A stretch of 60,360 bases of DNA from Hyphochytrium catenoides (taxonomy: Eukaryota > Protista > Hyphochytriomycota): contig FLMG01000623.1 in assembly GCA_900088475.1 (NCBI GenBank), forward strand, positions 1 to 60,360. Direction: 5' to 3'. Shown here in pieces: positions 11,048 to 23,670 of the stretch. Under the pieces are notes generated by a model that had not been told where the DNA came from, searched no databases, and saw only the letters and a list, made by a program, of their open reading frames with translations. Positions within the stretch are counted from its first letter, which is position 1. Every line of letters starts with the position of its first letter. Position numbers and translations under genes: made by a program.

Positions 11048-11764
11048 GGGCAGCTGGGCCTGGGTGACGGCGGCGGCGGAGCGAGGACTGAGTTTGAAAG
11101 GTCATCTTCTGTCTCCTCCGTTGTGAGGACAGCGCCTTTCTCTTTCATTAGAAACACAGCGATGACTGAGTCCCAACCATGTCCCTAATATTATCTATGG
11201 GATTCGGTACTACTGCTGCCTCACTGGACCTTCGGTCTTCCTGATGCATCTCTCCCATGATCTAGCCCATATTATACGCCTACTAAATCCGCACTCTGTC
11301 TCTCTCGAACCGATCTACTGTACGAAAAAGGGGTCCTTGGTAAAAACTTTATGCATCAAACCCCCCAGAAGGCTAAGATACTTGCAGATTTGTATAATTA
11401 CCTATGCCAAAAGACAGAGCGCCAGAAGCCCTAGAATTCAAGCAGCAGAGATGGCTAAAGAGATACTTGATGCGATATCTAAAAGTACTTGGGAAGAAAC
11501 AGAAGAAGATCTTATCCCGAACCGACACCAGACAGAGTAGCAAAGACCCCTATGGCCTATTCAGACAAGGCATACGACTAGATATTTCGCGAATTGGGAC
11601 AAGAATAAGATCACAGGTTCCAGACAGAGTCTCCAAGAGTAGCGTGTCTATATAGTCTTAAAGGTGTAATGGCACAAGACAGAGTGGGAACGATGTGCTT
11701 GAAGAAGTCGACTGGAGATCTGAAAGGTTTCAAACGTAGAACGAAGATCGGAAGATCAGATTGG

Positions 11765-11867
11765 AAAGAGAGAGAGAGAAAGAAAGAGAAGAAGAAAGAG
11801 AGAGAAAAAAAGAAAGAGAGAGAGAGAGAGGGAGAGAGAGAAAGAGAAAGGGAGAGAGAGAGAAAGG

Positions 11868-11934
<67 letters not shown>

Positions 11935-11935
11935 G
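11765..11935. repeat. (GA)n / purine-rich microsatellite
   Basis: Directly visible; a further GA tract is at about 12335-12410 and a CT tract at about 12875-12925. Confidence 0.95.
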
Positions 11936-12356
11936 ACATCTATCCCTTGAGACATCCACAAAGATCAGTAGCAGGACATACAAATAACACCACCGGGAAG
12001 GAAGAAGAGAGAGAGGAGTGAGGATCAGCACGGAGCAGACAGGCGACCGGAAGCGGAGAGAAGAAGAGCAAGATGGGGAGGGAAGGCAAAAATGAAGAGG
12101 AGACAGGCCTGCGAAAGAGGGCTGAAGAGAGTAATAGACAGGGAGAGGATGCTGGCAAGATGCTGCCGTCGTCGGTGTAACAGTACTAGTAGTAGACGAC
12201 GGATAACAGATCTAGGATGAGAGATAGAGAAGGCAGGTTCTTAGGTTGAATATTGACTGGCGCAAGGTAGTGAGAACCGAGGCAGATGGCCACGAGGAGG
12301 AAGGGACAAGGAAGCAGACCTTTGACTGTACTGGAGAGAGAGGAAGAGGGAGAGAG

Positions 12357-12413
<57 letters not shown>

Positions 12414-13221
12414 CAAGGGATAGAGAGATCTTGGGACCAAGAAAGAGAAGAAGCGGAGGATGGGAGCTAAACGGTAACAGCTCCTTTCCTCCCCAGTATG
12501 CCGCTGCTATCATCCTCTGCGGAGAGACAGCGCATAACGAAAAGATGTAACGGTAGTGACGGGGGCGTCTGTCTTCCTTATCCTTTTTCTCTCTCTTCCT
12601 ATGACTCTCCCTTGCTCTCGTTCCCGGCTTTACTGCTCATAAGTAACTCTAGCCAGCGGCGTCCTTGGTCTTCTCTAGCATGTCTTCGCTCCTTCTTCCT
12701 ATCTTTCCTTTCCCTACCTTTTCCTTCCTCTCCTCTCCCACTTCTCTCGCTTCAAATCCTCCTCTGCTGCCCCTCATAACGGACAGAGTAGGTGAGCTAA
12801 TAAAAGTAAATTTAAGGCTAACGGTACTAACATGCAGTCACAGCGCCGCCAGGAGCGAGCCACAGTCGGGCCTTCTCTCTCTCTTCCTCTCTCTCTCTCT
12901 CTCTCTCTCACTCTTTTTTCTTCTTTTTTTGTGGTCTACACCGTCATTACTCTCCTTTCTCTGCTCTTCTCCTGGTTGCCTGCCCTACTTTATCTAGAGT
13001 CTCGGCTCTTCTTCAAAAGCTGTCCAGTTCAGTTAATTCTGGAGCCGCACCGTAATCGAGCAGAGAAGAGAGCTTGGAACATAAGCACGTGCTAGCGATA
13101 GCGCCGACGGGCCGGGCCTTTCAAAACAACTATTCTCTTGGGTTAGCTTCACCGGTTCTTCCACCTTGCACGGCTGTCTTGACTTTTCTATACTACCCCT
13201 ACTTTAAACTCGCTCAGCCCG

Positions 13222-16200
13222 ATGGTCGCCTTTAGCTCTATTGTGCAGAGCATGATGGCCGTGAGCCGAGCGCCTGTTGGAGCATCTGCTCTCTCTGGGA
13301 TGACATGCGCGTCTGGACGAGAGAAAGAGGAGAGGAAGAACCCAGCAACAGGAGCATCATCCGCGGCCCCGTTCTTCCCTACGCGTCCCGTCGTAGGGCA
13401 CCCAGCTTTTCCTCTCTTCGTCGAAGGCGCTAGGGCAAAAAAGACTCTACCTTACCCTTCCTTCTTTGCAACTCTCGGTCGCGAAGAGCAAGAAGGGAAG
13501 GATCCCAGGAGCAACGCGAGCACGTCTCATGTGGCGGCACTGGAGAAGAACAAAAAGGCTGCTCTCCTGCTCCAGCGCTCTTATCAGTCTCAGCCATTTT
13601 GGTCTTTCAAAGAGAAGAAAGACCTAAATGAGCTGACTTCGCCTCCTCCTATTATCAAGCTTACTGAGACAAAGAAGACAGCTTCCGTTGGCGAAGCTCT
13701 CCTTGGTGCCAATCTTCTTTTGCCGAAGCGTATCAACATCATGGCGCCGTCTTATCAAGAGGTAGAAAGTCTCTTCCAGCCGTCGGACGTCCCGTCAACG
13801 TCTGTTATCTGGAAGTTGCGGGAGAGGAATCGGCGGTGGAAGATAGGGAAAGGAAGAGCTCAAATCGAGGTAAACTACTCCGTCCTCTTACCACGTTTGT
13901 CTACCGTACTCCTCAGTCCTATCTTTATCTATTTTATACGCTCTCTCTTTCCTTTAGTTCTTCTATGTAGAGCAAACGTGCCTTTCGCCAATGCTTTTCT
14001 ATGGTCGCTCGCGTCTGTATATTTTTTTCTGTACTCCAGCTCTGCCCAAGCATCTCTGTACTTGTGACCGCTTCTGTTGGACAACGTATACTTGATGGTG
14101 TCCCAATGCTTCTGTCAAGAAGCTACATGGCGTTCATTGTGGAGGGCTTGGCCTAGCAGAGTCGTCTAATGTGTTGCTGACTCCGTGGTTCTTTAGTGGC
14201 TCAAGTTGAGCGACAATCTGATAATGGAACCAGATGTGGCCGCGGAAAGAGAAGACGAGGAGGAAATGGATGTTACGGAACAAGGAGAGACACGGTGGCA
14301 GCAGCAACAAGAACCCACAACCTTGGTGCCGAAAGACGAGGACCCCAAAACGCAGGTTGAAGGAAACGAAACAGCGGAGAAGTCCTCGGAGCAGCAGGGA
14401 CCTACTATGAGCTCCGTAATGAGAGGTGAGGAGACAGTGTCTTTAAAGGAAACTTTGATCTCGTTGGACCTCTGCGTATCCAACAATGTGGAAAAGGAGG
14501 TCCAACGACATCAAACACCGGAGAAGGAGTCCATGGAGCAGCAGGAATTACCTAGCTCCATAATGAAAGACCCAGACGAGACAGCATCCGCAAGGGAAGG
14601 TTTGATGGGAGACACAGGGACATTCCTCTCCGTATCCAACAACTGTGAGAATATTCCGGGAAGTACGTTCGTGTCGGAAGTGGAAGCTGCGGGAAGTGAG
14701 GCGCTCGCCTCCGTACCCAACGACTTGGAGGAGGAGGTCCAAGGAAGTCAAACAGCGGAGAAAGAGTCCTTGGAGCAGCAGGGACTCATTAGCTCCGTAA
14801 TGAGAGACGAAGAGACAGTATCTGCAGGGGGAGGTTTGATAAAAGGAGAGGCAGAGACATTCCCCTCCGTATCCAACAACTTGGAGGAGACTCTGGAAAG
14901 TACGTTGGTGCCGGAATTGGATGCTCCGGGAGGTGAGACACTCTTCTTCCTTTCCAGCAGCTGGGGGGATGAGGTCCAACAAAACAAAAAGAGTCAAACA
15001 GCGGAGAAGGTGACCTCGGTGCAGCAGGAACTTATTAACTCCGTGGTGAGAGATGATGAGGCGACAGTGTCTGCAAAGGAGGGAGAGACAGAGGCTCTCT
15101 CATCCCTACACAACAGGGAACAGGAACTGTCTCCTCATCATCTCTCACTATGGAGCTAATGAGTTCCTCCTTACATGATTTTGCCTTGTTATTCTACTAT
15201 CCACTGTCATCGAAGTTTGAGGATTGCTTCTTCATCTCTTCATCTCCTCGTTGTCCTCTGTGTTGTTCATACATCGTCTTTGTCTTTCTCACCTTACTTG
15301 GCCTTGGCTTACATGAAGTAGTCCCGCTTATCACTTCTCTAACCATTGTCCCACTTTCTACATGTTCCTCCTCTTCATTGCCTAACGCCAGATAACGGCT
15401 TCTTGGAGGAGGAAGAAGGGGAAGGTCATCTTTTCTCTATTACGATCAGGCAGCTCAGCGACCACGCAGAAACAGACATCCCATCTTCTTTCACCGACGA
15501 GTCAGACTCACCCCCACCACCATCCGAGGTTGCGTCATCTCTCTCCCCAAGAGATCTCCTTGACGCTGGGGAGATCTATCTCCTTAGCAAAGAGCTGCAG
15601 GAAGCGTCGGTAGGAACGTTTCTCAGTCTGAGCACTTATCAATTTCTTGGTCTCCAGGCCTTACCTCTTTGTCTGTCTGTCTGCATAGACCCTCTTTTTT
15701 CTTGCTGGTTGATGACCAGAATCGCTCTCCCGTCTTTTAACGCTCTTACTTTATTCCATCGGGGACCCTAGGAACTGTTCTCGGGCGCCCTATCTCTTCT
15801 ATCTTGTGACGAGAAGGATTCAGCATCTGCTTCCCTTAAGGCGGAAGCTCTCTTCCTACGTGGATGCACTCACAGTATGATGGGAGAGCATTTGAAGGCA
15901 CGAAAAGACTTTGAGTAAGTGTCCCAAAGGCTGTCCTCTGTGTGCCTTTGCCCGGTCTGTCTCTTCTAAGGTTTCGTATCATCTTCTTCTATCCTATCAC
16001 CAAGTGAAGTCATCAAAGCGCCTGTCATTCTGTTGACATTACTCCTTCACGTTCCTACGATGATTCTACCGTGCCTTACAGCCTTTCTTACTGAACTTGT
16101 CAAAATTCCTAAGCTGACTCTTCTCCACGCACACTTATTGTTAGAAATGGATACCTGCAAGGTGTAAAAGTGCATAAAGAAGAAAAGACCTTCGAAGAAG

Positions 16201-19200
16201 AGGACAAAGGGAATCAGGAAGAGGAGGAAAAGGACAGGACCCTTTCAATCTTTCGTTCTAGTAAGACGCTCAGCCTTTTGTTTGGGGCATACGTCCAGGT
16301 CAGTATCCCTTTCAAGGCCATACATCTCTCTGTGACTACAAGCCTACGAGTTTGCTTCTGTATCTAACATACCCAGCACGTTCATCTTTTTGTCTCCTTT
16401 TGTGCCTTACAAAGAATGTCTCCATCGCCGTCTTGGCCTCTTACTGCTGGGGCCTTCGAATACCCAGTATATTATATGATTTCTATATGCCTGCTGATCT
16501 CTATCTCACTTGATGCACATATTATCTTGCAGAGTGCTCTACGCCTAGCCGAGTATCAGCAAGTGCTTCAAGCTTTGGAGAAGCTGGATCTTCCGATTGG
16601 AATGCAAGTGGCGCGGTGAGGCTGCTTGTTGCCCTGAGATATATCTCGTCATCCTGCTTTCAGCAATGCTCCTCCTGCTTCCAACCTCTCTCAGTATGCC
16701 ATAGGCACCGTGATAGACCTTATTTGACGTTGTCTCTTCTATTCTTTACCTTCATTCCTCTCTTCGCTTGTAATTGTTAACTTCTCCTTGCGAGTGCTTT
16801 GCTTATATTGGTGGTGGGACATCAAGACCCCCTTCTTACTTCTTCCTTGCTTGCCATTTGCTTCTCTATGGTTCCTGTTCCCTGCTGTGTAGCCGCTTTA
16901 TTAGGGTAGAGTTGCATCAACTGGACGCTTGGAAAGAAGATGCATGGCACAGAGGTAGACCACAAAAAGTCTCAAAACTGAGCTAATAGCGTGTCTTTCA
17001 CTGCCAGTTCCCCTGAACTTAACATCTCAGGGCTTCTGTGCTTGCTCTTAGCTCCCGCTCACTCCGGTCATCAAGATCGCTTCGCTTTGATTTTACTCAG
17101 TCAGCCTTTACTTCTTCAATGTCCTGTTGAAGAGAAGACTTCTTTGTCGTCGCACTCGTTATGCTTGCCTGGTCTATTTCCTTGCCAAACCCTCCTTCGC
17201 TTTTCCATCTGCCTGATGTGACTTTCGCCCCATACCTAGATCAACTAAGACAAGCTATGGCTGGTTCTGCGGGCTTCAAGCTGCTTAGGAAAGCCTTGGA
17301 GTACTGCGATCTCGTAGAAAGCTGCTTGGAAGCAGGTACAAGCCTGACCTAATCTTTCCTATTCTGTGTCCTTTTACCTTCCCTTTGCCTCGTTATCGCT
17401 TTACAAAAAGTCGTTCATCTCTATTAGCTGTCGCCTTGCTGAACTCTTCAGTGGTTCTGCTTCACGTATCTCCTCCTACGTGATATACTTGGTACTTTGC
17501 TGCGTTCTGACTGGCCATGCCGCTCCTCACTGTTACACTCGCTATGCGACAGTCTACCTATCGGGTCGGGTGCGGGAGGCTGAGGAAGAAATTGACGCAG
17601 CTACAAATGAAAGGCGGTTGAAGCTGGGCCAGTATCACTACTCTTCTCTCTCTCCAGATTGCGTAAAGCTAATTGGTGAAGTGCTTCAACAAGAAGGTAA
17701 GATTCCATTAGCCATGACTGGTGGTGGGAAGTGGACAATGAAGACGATGAGCCTGCGAGTGGCAAAGACCGAGAGCTTTGCACCAACGTGCACACCGTAG
17801 TCTGTGTGGTGGGAGGAGCTCCTCAGATTTGCAAAGTGAGCGTCTCACTCTGCCTTCATCCTACTCCACTCACAGGTGATAATGATGCCGCCGAGGGTAG
17901 TACAGAGACAGAACTCTCTGTGGAGGAGGTCGATGACAACCAGGAGGTCGACCACAACAAGGAGGTCGACGCCAACAAGGAGGTCGACGACAACAAGAAG
18001 GCCGACGAAATTGAAGGTAAGGTTCGTGAGCTATAGGTGACAGTTAGAGACAATAGAAGCAGCAGGACAGGACCGAGGAGGAGAGACACATGAGCCCATG
18101 AGCCGTTGCAAAGTAGACGCTGTAGTCTGGACCACCACTATGCACATCAGAAGTGACGACATATGTTCCTTTGGACGTCTATCTCTCACAGGCGACAATC
18201 CGGAGTGCGAGGAGACAGAGACAGAGACAGAGCTTACACAGGAGGAACCAGCTAACAACACTGACAGTGCTGAAGGTAATAAGTAACCTTAAGCTTCAGC
18301 TAAAGTGACTTTTCTTCGGCATCATCATCTTTCTTGTACGGGTGAAGAGACGGCTGTGGGGAACACTCGCTAGAAATGAGGTGCATGTCATCCCGGATTA
18401 ATAGAACTTCCTGGTGAAGGCAATGCTAGATGACTGCCGTATGTTTTCAAACAATTCATCAGCTGACCCTCTGCTTCCCCTATTCCCTCCTGCATGGATA
18501 GACATCAAGACGGAGACAGAAGATGGACAGCGCATTAGCAAAATCACCCTTGGACTGCAAGACAAGCTTCAGTTGTTGACTTCTATGTGCGATGCTGCTC
18601 GACAGGCCCGCTCTTCCCAACGAGGAGCCCTTGCAGCTATACCAGCGACTTCCAATGAAGACGCTAAACAGGGAGTGGAAGACGACGACGAAGAGCCAAA
18701 GATAGAGGAGGATGCTCGGGAGAAGCTCAGTCAAGAAGTAGAAGACGAAAAAGAGCAGCAGTGGGGAGACTCTACTAATGCGGCAGCCACGTCGGGGACG
18801 GACGATGATCCAATGGACGATGCAGAAAATGTGGAGAAGCTGATATTCGCGGTTAGCATGACAGGGGTTGAAGAGGATTGCAAGCAACAGGAAGCTAAAG
18901 CTAGGAAGGCGAAAAAGAGACGAGAGAAACGAAAGAGACAGCGGCAGAGGAGGAAGCAGTCAGCGCAAGGAGGTGAAGAGTGCTGCATTGAAGGCATTGC
19001 TCAAGAGGAAAGGGAGGATTCAGAAGGAGAACCACGAGGTAGGAAGGTCTAAGGAGGCAGATTGTTACCTTGAAGCCGCTGAGTTAGCTTTCGCTTCCCT
19101 TTTTCCCCTTATAGGTACTTCACTTCTTGCTATATTATCCCTGACTTCCATCTCCCTTCTTCTGACATGATGCTCGCGATCTGTTGTATGTACGGTGGGC

Positions 19201-21322
19201 TTAGGCATTAGCTTTGCAACTCATTTCGACTTCATTATTTTTGAAAACTTCCGTTTTGCAGAGGTTCGAGATGCTAATCAAGAGGAGGAGGTTAACGATT
19301 GCGTTATAACAGTCACTTCTGTGGCTGAGGATCCGGAGGAAGATACCATTACCGGTCGCTCCGCCACCTGTCTCTCTGCTAAGCTGTCTGTCCACCCCGC
19401 CCCAGGGCGCTTGTCCGCTTCTTTTTCACTTCCGGAGCTGATGCATGCCGGAGAGGAGATGTTGTTCTGCAAGGAGTACACCGAGGCTGAGGTAAGGGCC
19501 ATGTCCTCCCTTCTCTAGCATATACATTTAGTATATATTTAGCTTGCCTTTTGGGCCTTGCTTTGCGTTGACGATCTTTGTGGTCTGCTGTCTGTTCTGC
19601 TTTTCTCCCTTATTCTGCTAATCGATCATTGTTGCTAAACATTCAATCGCTGTTAACCTCCTCTCGTCCCTGGGCTACTGCTTGTCTATTATGGCCCTTT
19701 ATGGCAGGCACTCCTCTCTCTGGCCCTCTCAAGTCTAGACCTTTCTGTGTCTACTCCCTCTGCGTCGCGGGCGGAGCTCCTATTCCTTCGTGGGTGCTCT
19801 TATTCAGCTGTCGGAGAGCTTGAAAGGGCTGACCTTGACTTCAGGTGAATATGCTTGCTCTCCTCTTTGCCTTGTCTGGAAGCCTCCCGGGGGGGTCTCA
19901 CTTTTATTTTGGCTAGGACGGCGTACCTAGAAGGAGTGAGGATACTCACAGAAGAGAGCAACTTGACCGGCGATGACTATGGGACAACCGCTTCACTTTT
20001 CAGCTGTTCGAAGACATTAGGGCTTTTCTTTGGGGCTCTCGTGCAGGTCAACTGTAGGGCTTATTATGTCGAAGAGTGACAAGAAGATAGAAGAGAGCGA
20101 TGAGATTGGGAACGGGGCGTAGACTGTTGCCGGCGTTGTGTTACTTTGGGACTACTCACATCTTCTGATAAATTCTCCCCACTATCCTTCTTACATGCAT
20201 GCAGAGCTGCCTCCGCTTAGGGAAGCATTCAGAAGTCATTCGCCAGTTGAAAGAACTTGTGCTTCCTTTCCAAGTGCATTTGGCGCAGTGAGTAGCTTCC
20301 TCTATCTTTCGTCTCCATCTCTTTCATTGCTGTGTCCGCGCTTCCTCCGTCCTGCACGTAAAGTGCTAACGTTACGTTGCACGACTTGTCGCAATCAGGT
20401 TCCTTACCCCATGTCCCATTTGTTGCTTCATATGTGGGCAGAGGAGCGGGTTCACATTAATCCTCCTTCTTCTCTGTTCTATTCGTTCAAGCTCCAACTT
20501 ATATCCCTGCACCGCTCTAACTTAAATCATCTATTTATTCCTGCGTGCTGCTTATCTAATCATATCTCAGACGATTTATCGAGTTAGAGCTGGAACAGCT
20601 GACATCGTGGAGAGATCAAGCCTTCTATCACGGTAGTAAACACTTGAGCTCTTCTGGTGAAGCTTGATCTTCTTCATAAGTTCGGCCCTCTGTCGTCGTC
20701 TTATGTTGTTCAAACGTGCCGCCATTTATAGTCCCTGTACTCCTAATCTCCTGAGGCTCATACAGATGCCTCTTCCTTCCATTGCCCCGTCTGTGATATC
20801 CTCCTTGTGCCGTCCGCAGACCATATGCGTCAAGCCTTGGCTGGATGTGAGGGCACGAGGGCCATGGAGAATGCGTTAACACTTTGTTCTGCCGCCGCCT
20901 CGGAAGCAGCATCTGGTACATACATACGCTTTACTTCCTTCCCCTACGCGCTCTTCCGAGTATTGTTTGTCTGGTTTGCATCATCGCAACTGGTTGTTTG
21001 TTGCTGGTCATGCTAACTTTCCAATTCTCTCCTTTGTATGATATCAAACTTACTGGTTTTGACGACCCAAGGCTAACGCTGCACTTATATGCTTTGCACG
21101 TGATCCATAGTCAACAAGTCTATTGAAGCGAGGCGTCTTGAAGCGACTGTTGAGAAGGAAACCGCGGGCAGGCGAAGATTGCTTCGTCGTTGCCTCTTCC
21201 TCTCTCTGCCGGCCAATTATCGAGAAGCAGAGGTTTCAAGAATTCAAGCGGTAATCCGCTCTTTGGAGGAAAACGGTAAGGCGATAATCCCACTTGATCT
21301 TTGGATGTTGGCATCTAGCTGA
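13222..21322 (+). CDS. Large multi-exon uncharacterised protein with acidic repeats and TPR-like helices (exon structure and 3' end tentative)
   Basis: Exon 1 ATG 13222 to donor GAG|GTAAAC at 13870. Purine-rich coding blocks bounded by AG/GT at about 14196, 15392, 15772, 16145, 16533, 17876, 18191, 18462, 19263 and 21111. TPR-like segment AEALFLRGCTHSMMGEHLKARKDFE; basic NLS-like KARKAKKRREKRKRQRQRRK. Confidence 0.55.
14368..15100 (+). repeat. Degenerate coding tandem repeat, about 4 units (spacing about 144, 237 and 246 bp)
   Basis: Recurring (E/Q)T(A/P)EKxSxEQQxLxSSVMRDxETVSA...SVSNN starting near 14368, 14512, 14749 and 14995. Confidence 0.85.
17926..18009 (+). repeat. 18-bp coding tandem repeat (EVDxNK) x4-5
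   Basis: gaggtcgatgacaaccag gaggtcgaccacaacaag gaggtcgacgccaacaag gaggtcgacgacaacaag aaggccgacgaa. Confidence 0.9.
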
Positions 21323-23670
21323 GGAGGGAAGGATTTGTTGGGAGGTATAGATGTGAGATGAAAGAAGCAGAAAGAAGGGAGAGAAGAGAGACGGAACGGA
21401 CAGTGCGGGTTGAGAAGAGACGGAATTATGGTGTTACGGGCTGTACAGGAGGAATGAGACAGCGTTCTTCCCAGTTCGGAATGTCAAAGACCTGACTTGC
21501 ACCCTCTAGGTGAAGAAAGCAGACAATGTGGGCGTATGGAGACACTGAAAGAGGAGCTGCGGCTTCTTGATCCCTCCCTCCTCTTGGAGCAAGATGACGG
21601 TAACGCGGCTGCGGAAGATCAAGAAACATACTAGAGAACTCACTCTGCTGCTCAATTTCTTAAGCGATATTGAGTGCAGCTAAGGTTCCACTAGGTTGAA
21701 GGCCCTTTCTCATCTCCTTCTTTACTAGTATGTTTCTTGTTCTTGGGCAGCGCTAACGAGACCGCGGTGGAGAGAGAGAGACCGCACGGAGGGGTCAGCC
21801 TCTCTGACAGAGCACACCGCGCCACGAGGCCCGCTTATTTATTTGTAGGCGCAGAAAGCGTCAAATAAAGACATTTCTTTGGGACACTGCGAAGAATGAG
21901 AGACCAGTAGATAGTATGATGAGACTGCGGAAAGCTTGCCCGTGTATCCCTAGCCAACGTTAGACGTTCTTTGACTCACTCTTCTGTTGGATTACGAGGA
22001 CGAGTGCGATGTCCCAGGCTACAATGTAAGGGCAAAGCGTCAGCTGACAGACCAGAAATAGACGTCAACATGCTAGCATGCTTAGTTAGGGCCAAGATTG
22101 TCGCAGGACTTTGCCTCATTCCGTCCGCCGCATTCCTCTCCCATTGGTTTCAGCCGTCTTCGTCAGAGGGGAAGTTGCAGCGCTGCCGCAAATGACGCTC
22201 ATTACTATCTCAGATTCTTGAGCCTTTCAAAGGAGTAGCTGCGGACGACAAGGGTTTTGGCGGGTCATCCGCAAAAATGCGTCTCAATGGGTCAAGATTG
22301 CTAGTAACCTTGCTCTAGACAGGGGCGCGGATCTTGGCGAACAGCAAAGGACATAGCTAACAGCAGGGCGACTTACGAGACTGAGGGCAGCTCTATCCGC
22401 GACTCTACTATCCAGCAGTCAGGGGAGGATGACCCCAAACGGCGAATAAACACGAGGACGAACTAGCAGACAGCAGGACCGGTGGCCAGCCTTTTTGCTG
22501 TGGGCAGACATTGATGCACTTTGCACTGGGGCGGCGGTGCGTGAGGATGGAGCTGACCCAATCACGTGTCAACGAGGTTAAGTCAGCACAGCCTCCGAGG
22601 TAGATCTTCAGCAGCATGCACTGATGCCCCTTGCCCACGCAATACGGTGCTCAACAGTTGAGCATTGACGGCTTCCACAGCGGAAATAACACCAAGGGGT
22701 ATGGATCAAGTGAGCCGCTGGGTGCAAATTCTTGGCAGGTCCGATTGCTTACTGCCGCCGGTCCGATTTCCGCGGCGGAGCCGAAGCCATTTGCGGCTCT
22801 CCCTTCCTCGGAGCGTTCGCTGCAAATCTTAGTGTTGAAGCTTATCGCTACACCTGGCCCGTGACATCGCGCTCTGCGCCCCTTCAAGCTGCTGACATGG
22901 CTGCTTGCTAGGGACTCGAAACCAGATGACCAGAAAAAGCCGGTCACCAAACCCACGCATTAGCTCTCTCCTCTTAACTGCGTAGGCACCTACCTTACCA
23001 GCAACTCCTTGGGGTCTGACTGCACGATCACTTGCCTGCTTTCGATTCTGGGAAAGTGAAGTCCTGCTTTTCCTTTAATGACGAGCCTTTGGGCTGACGC
23101 TCTGCAGAAGTTAGGGCGTTGGGCAACTGAGGAGACTGGATGCAGAGAAAGAGAAAGAGATTCTTCAATGCGGAGGCCGTCTCCATCTGAATTACGTAAT
23201 CGGGAAAAGAAATTGAAGCGGAAAAGCGCAGGCTGTTTCTCTGAATTGACAACTTCGGTAATTCGTAATTCGGGCACCAATTTTGGTTGTGCGAATCAGA
23301 AGCTTCAGTTCGTGTAACTCATTTTTTCGCCTTGTGAATCGGCAGACCCACATCTCTCTTGTAGTGACCCACGCTCGCTCTTTCTCGCTCTCTGTCTCTC
23401 GTCTCACTCCTTTTATTTAGGCCTCTTTTCTCTATCTCTTGGTGACTCTGTCTATCTCTTGTCTTAGCGCAATGCCGCCGCCTTCGCCGCTGGATCGCTT
23501 CATGAGAAATCGAGGACGGGACCTGACGAAGGAGAGGCTAAGCTAACAGTATCACTAGGTAGAAAGAGACAAGAGAGGGCGGTGGCATCCAAGGCGCGTT
23601 ATCTCGACTGAGGAGAGAGAGCAGAGAGAGCAATAGAGAAGCGTCGGTCTGCGGTCTATTTGGAGGACAG

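Noticed and set aside
11244-11760. Protein-like fragments in several + frames (possible TE relic)
   Set aside because: No diagnostic RT, transposase or integrase motif, and the frame cannot be fixed by eye.
11611-13095. ORFs of (ER)n or (SL)n, here and at 55-60 kb
   Set aside because: They are translations of GA/CT microsatellites with no other coding signal.
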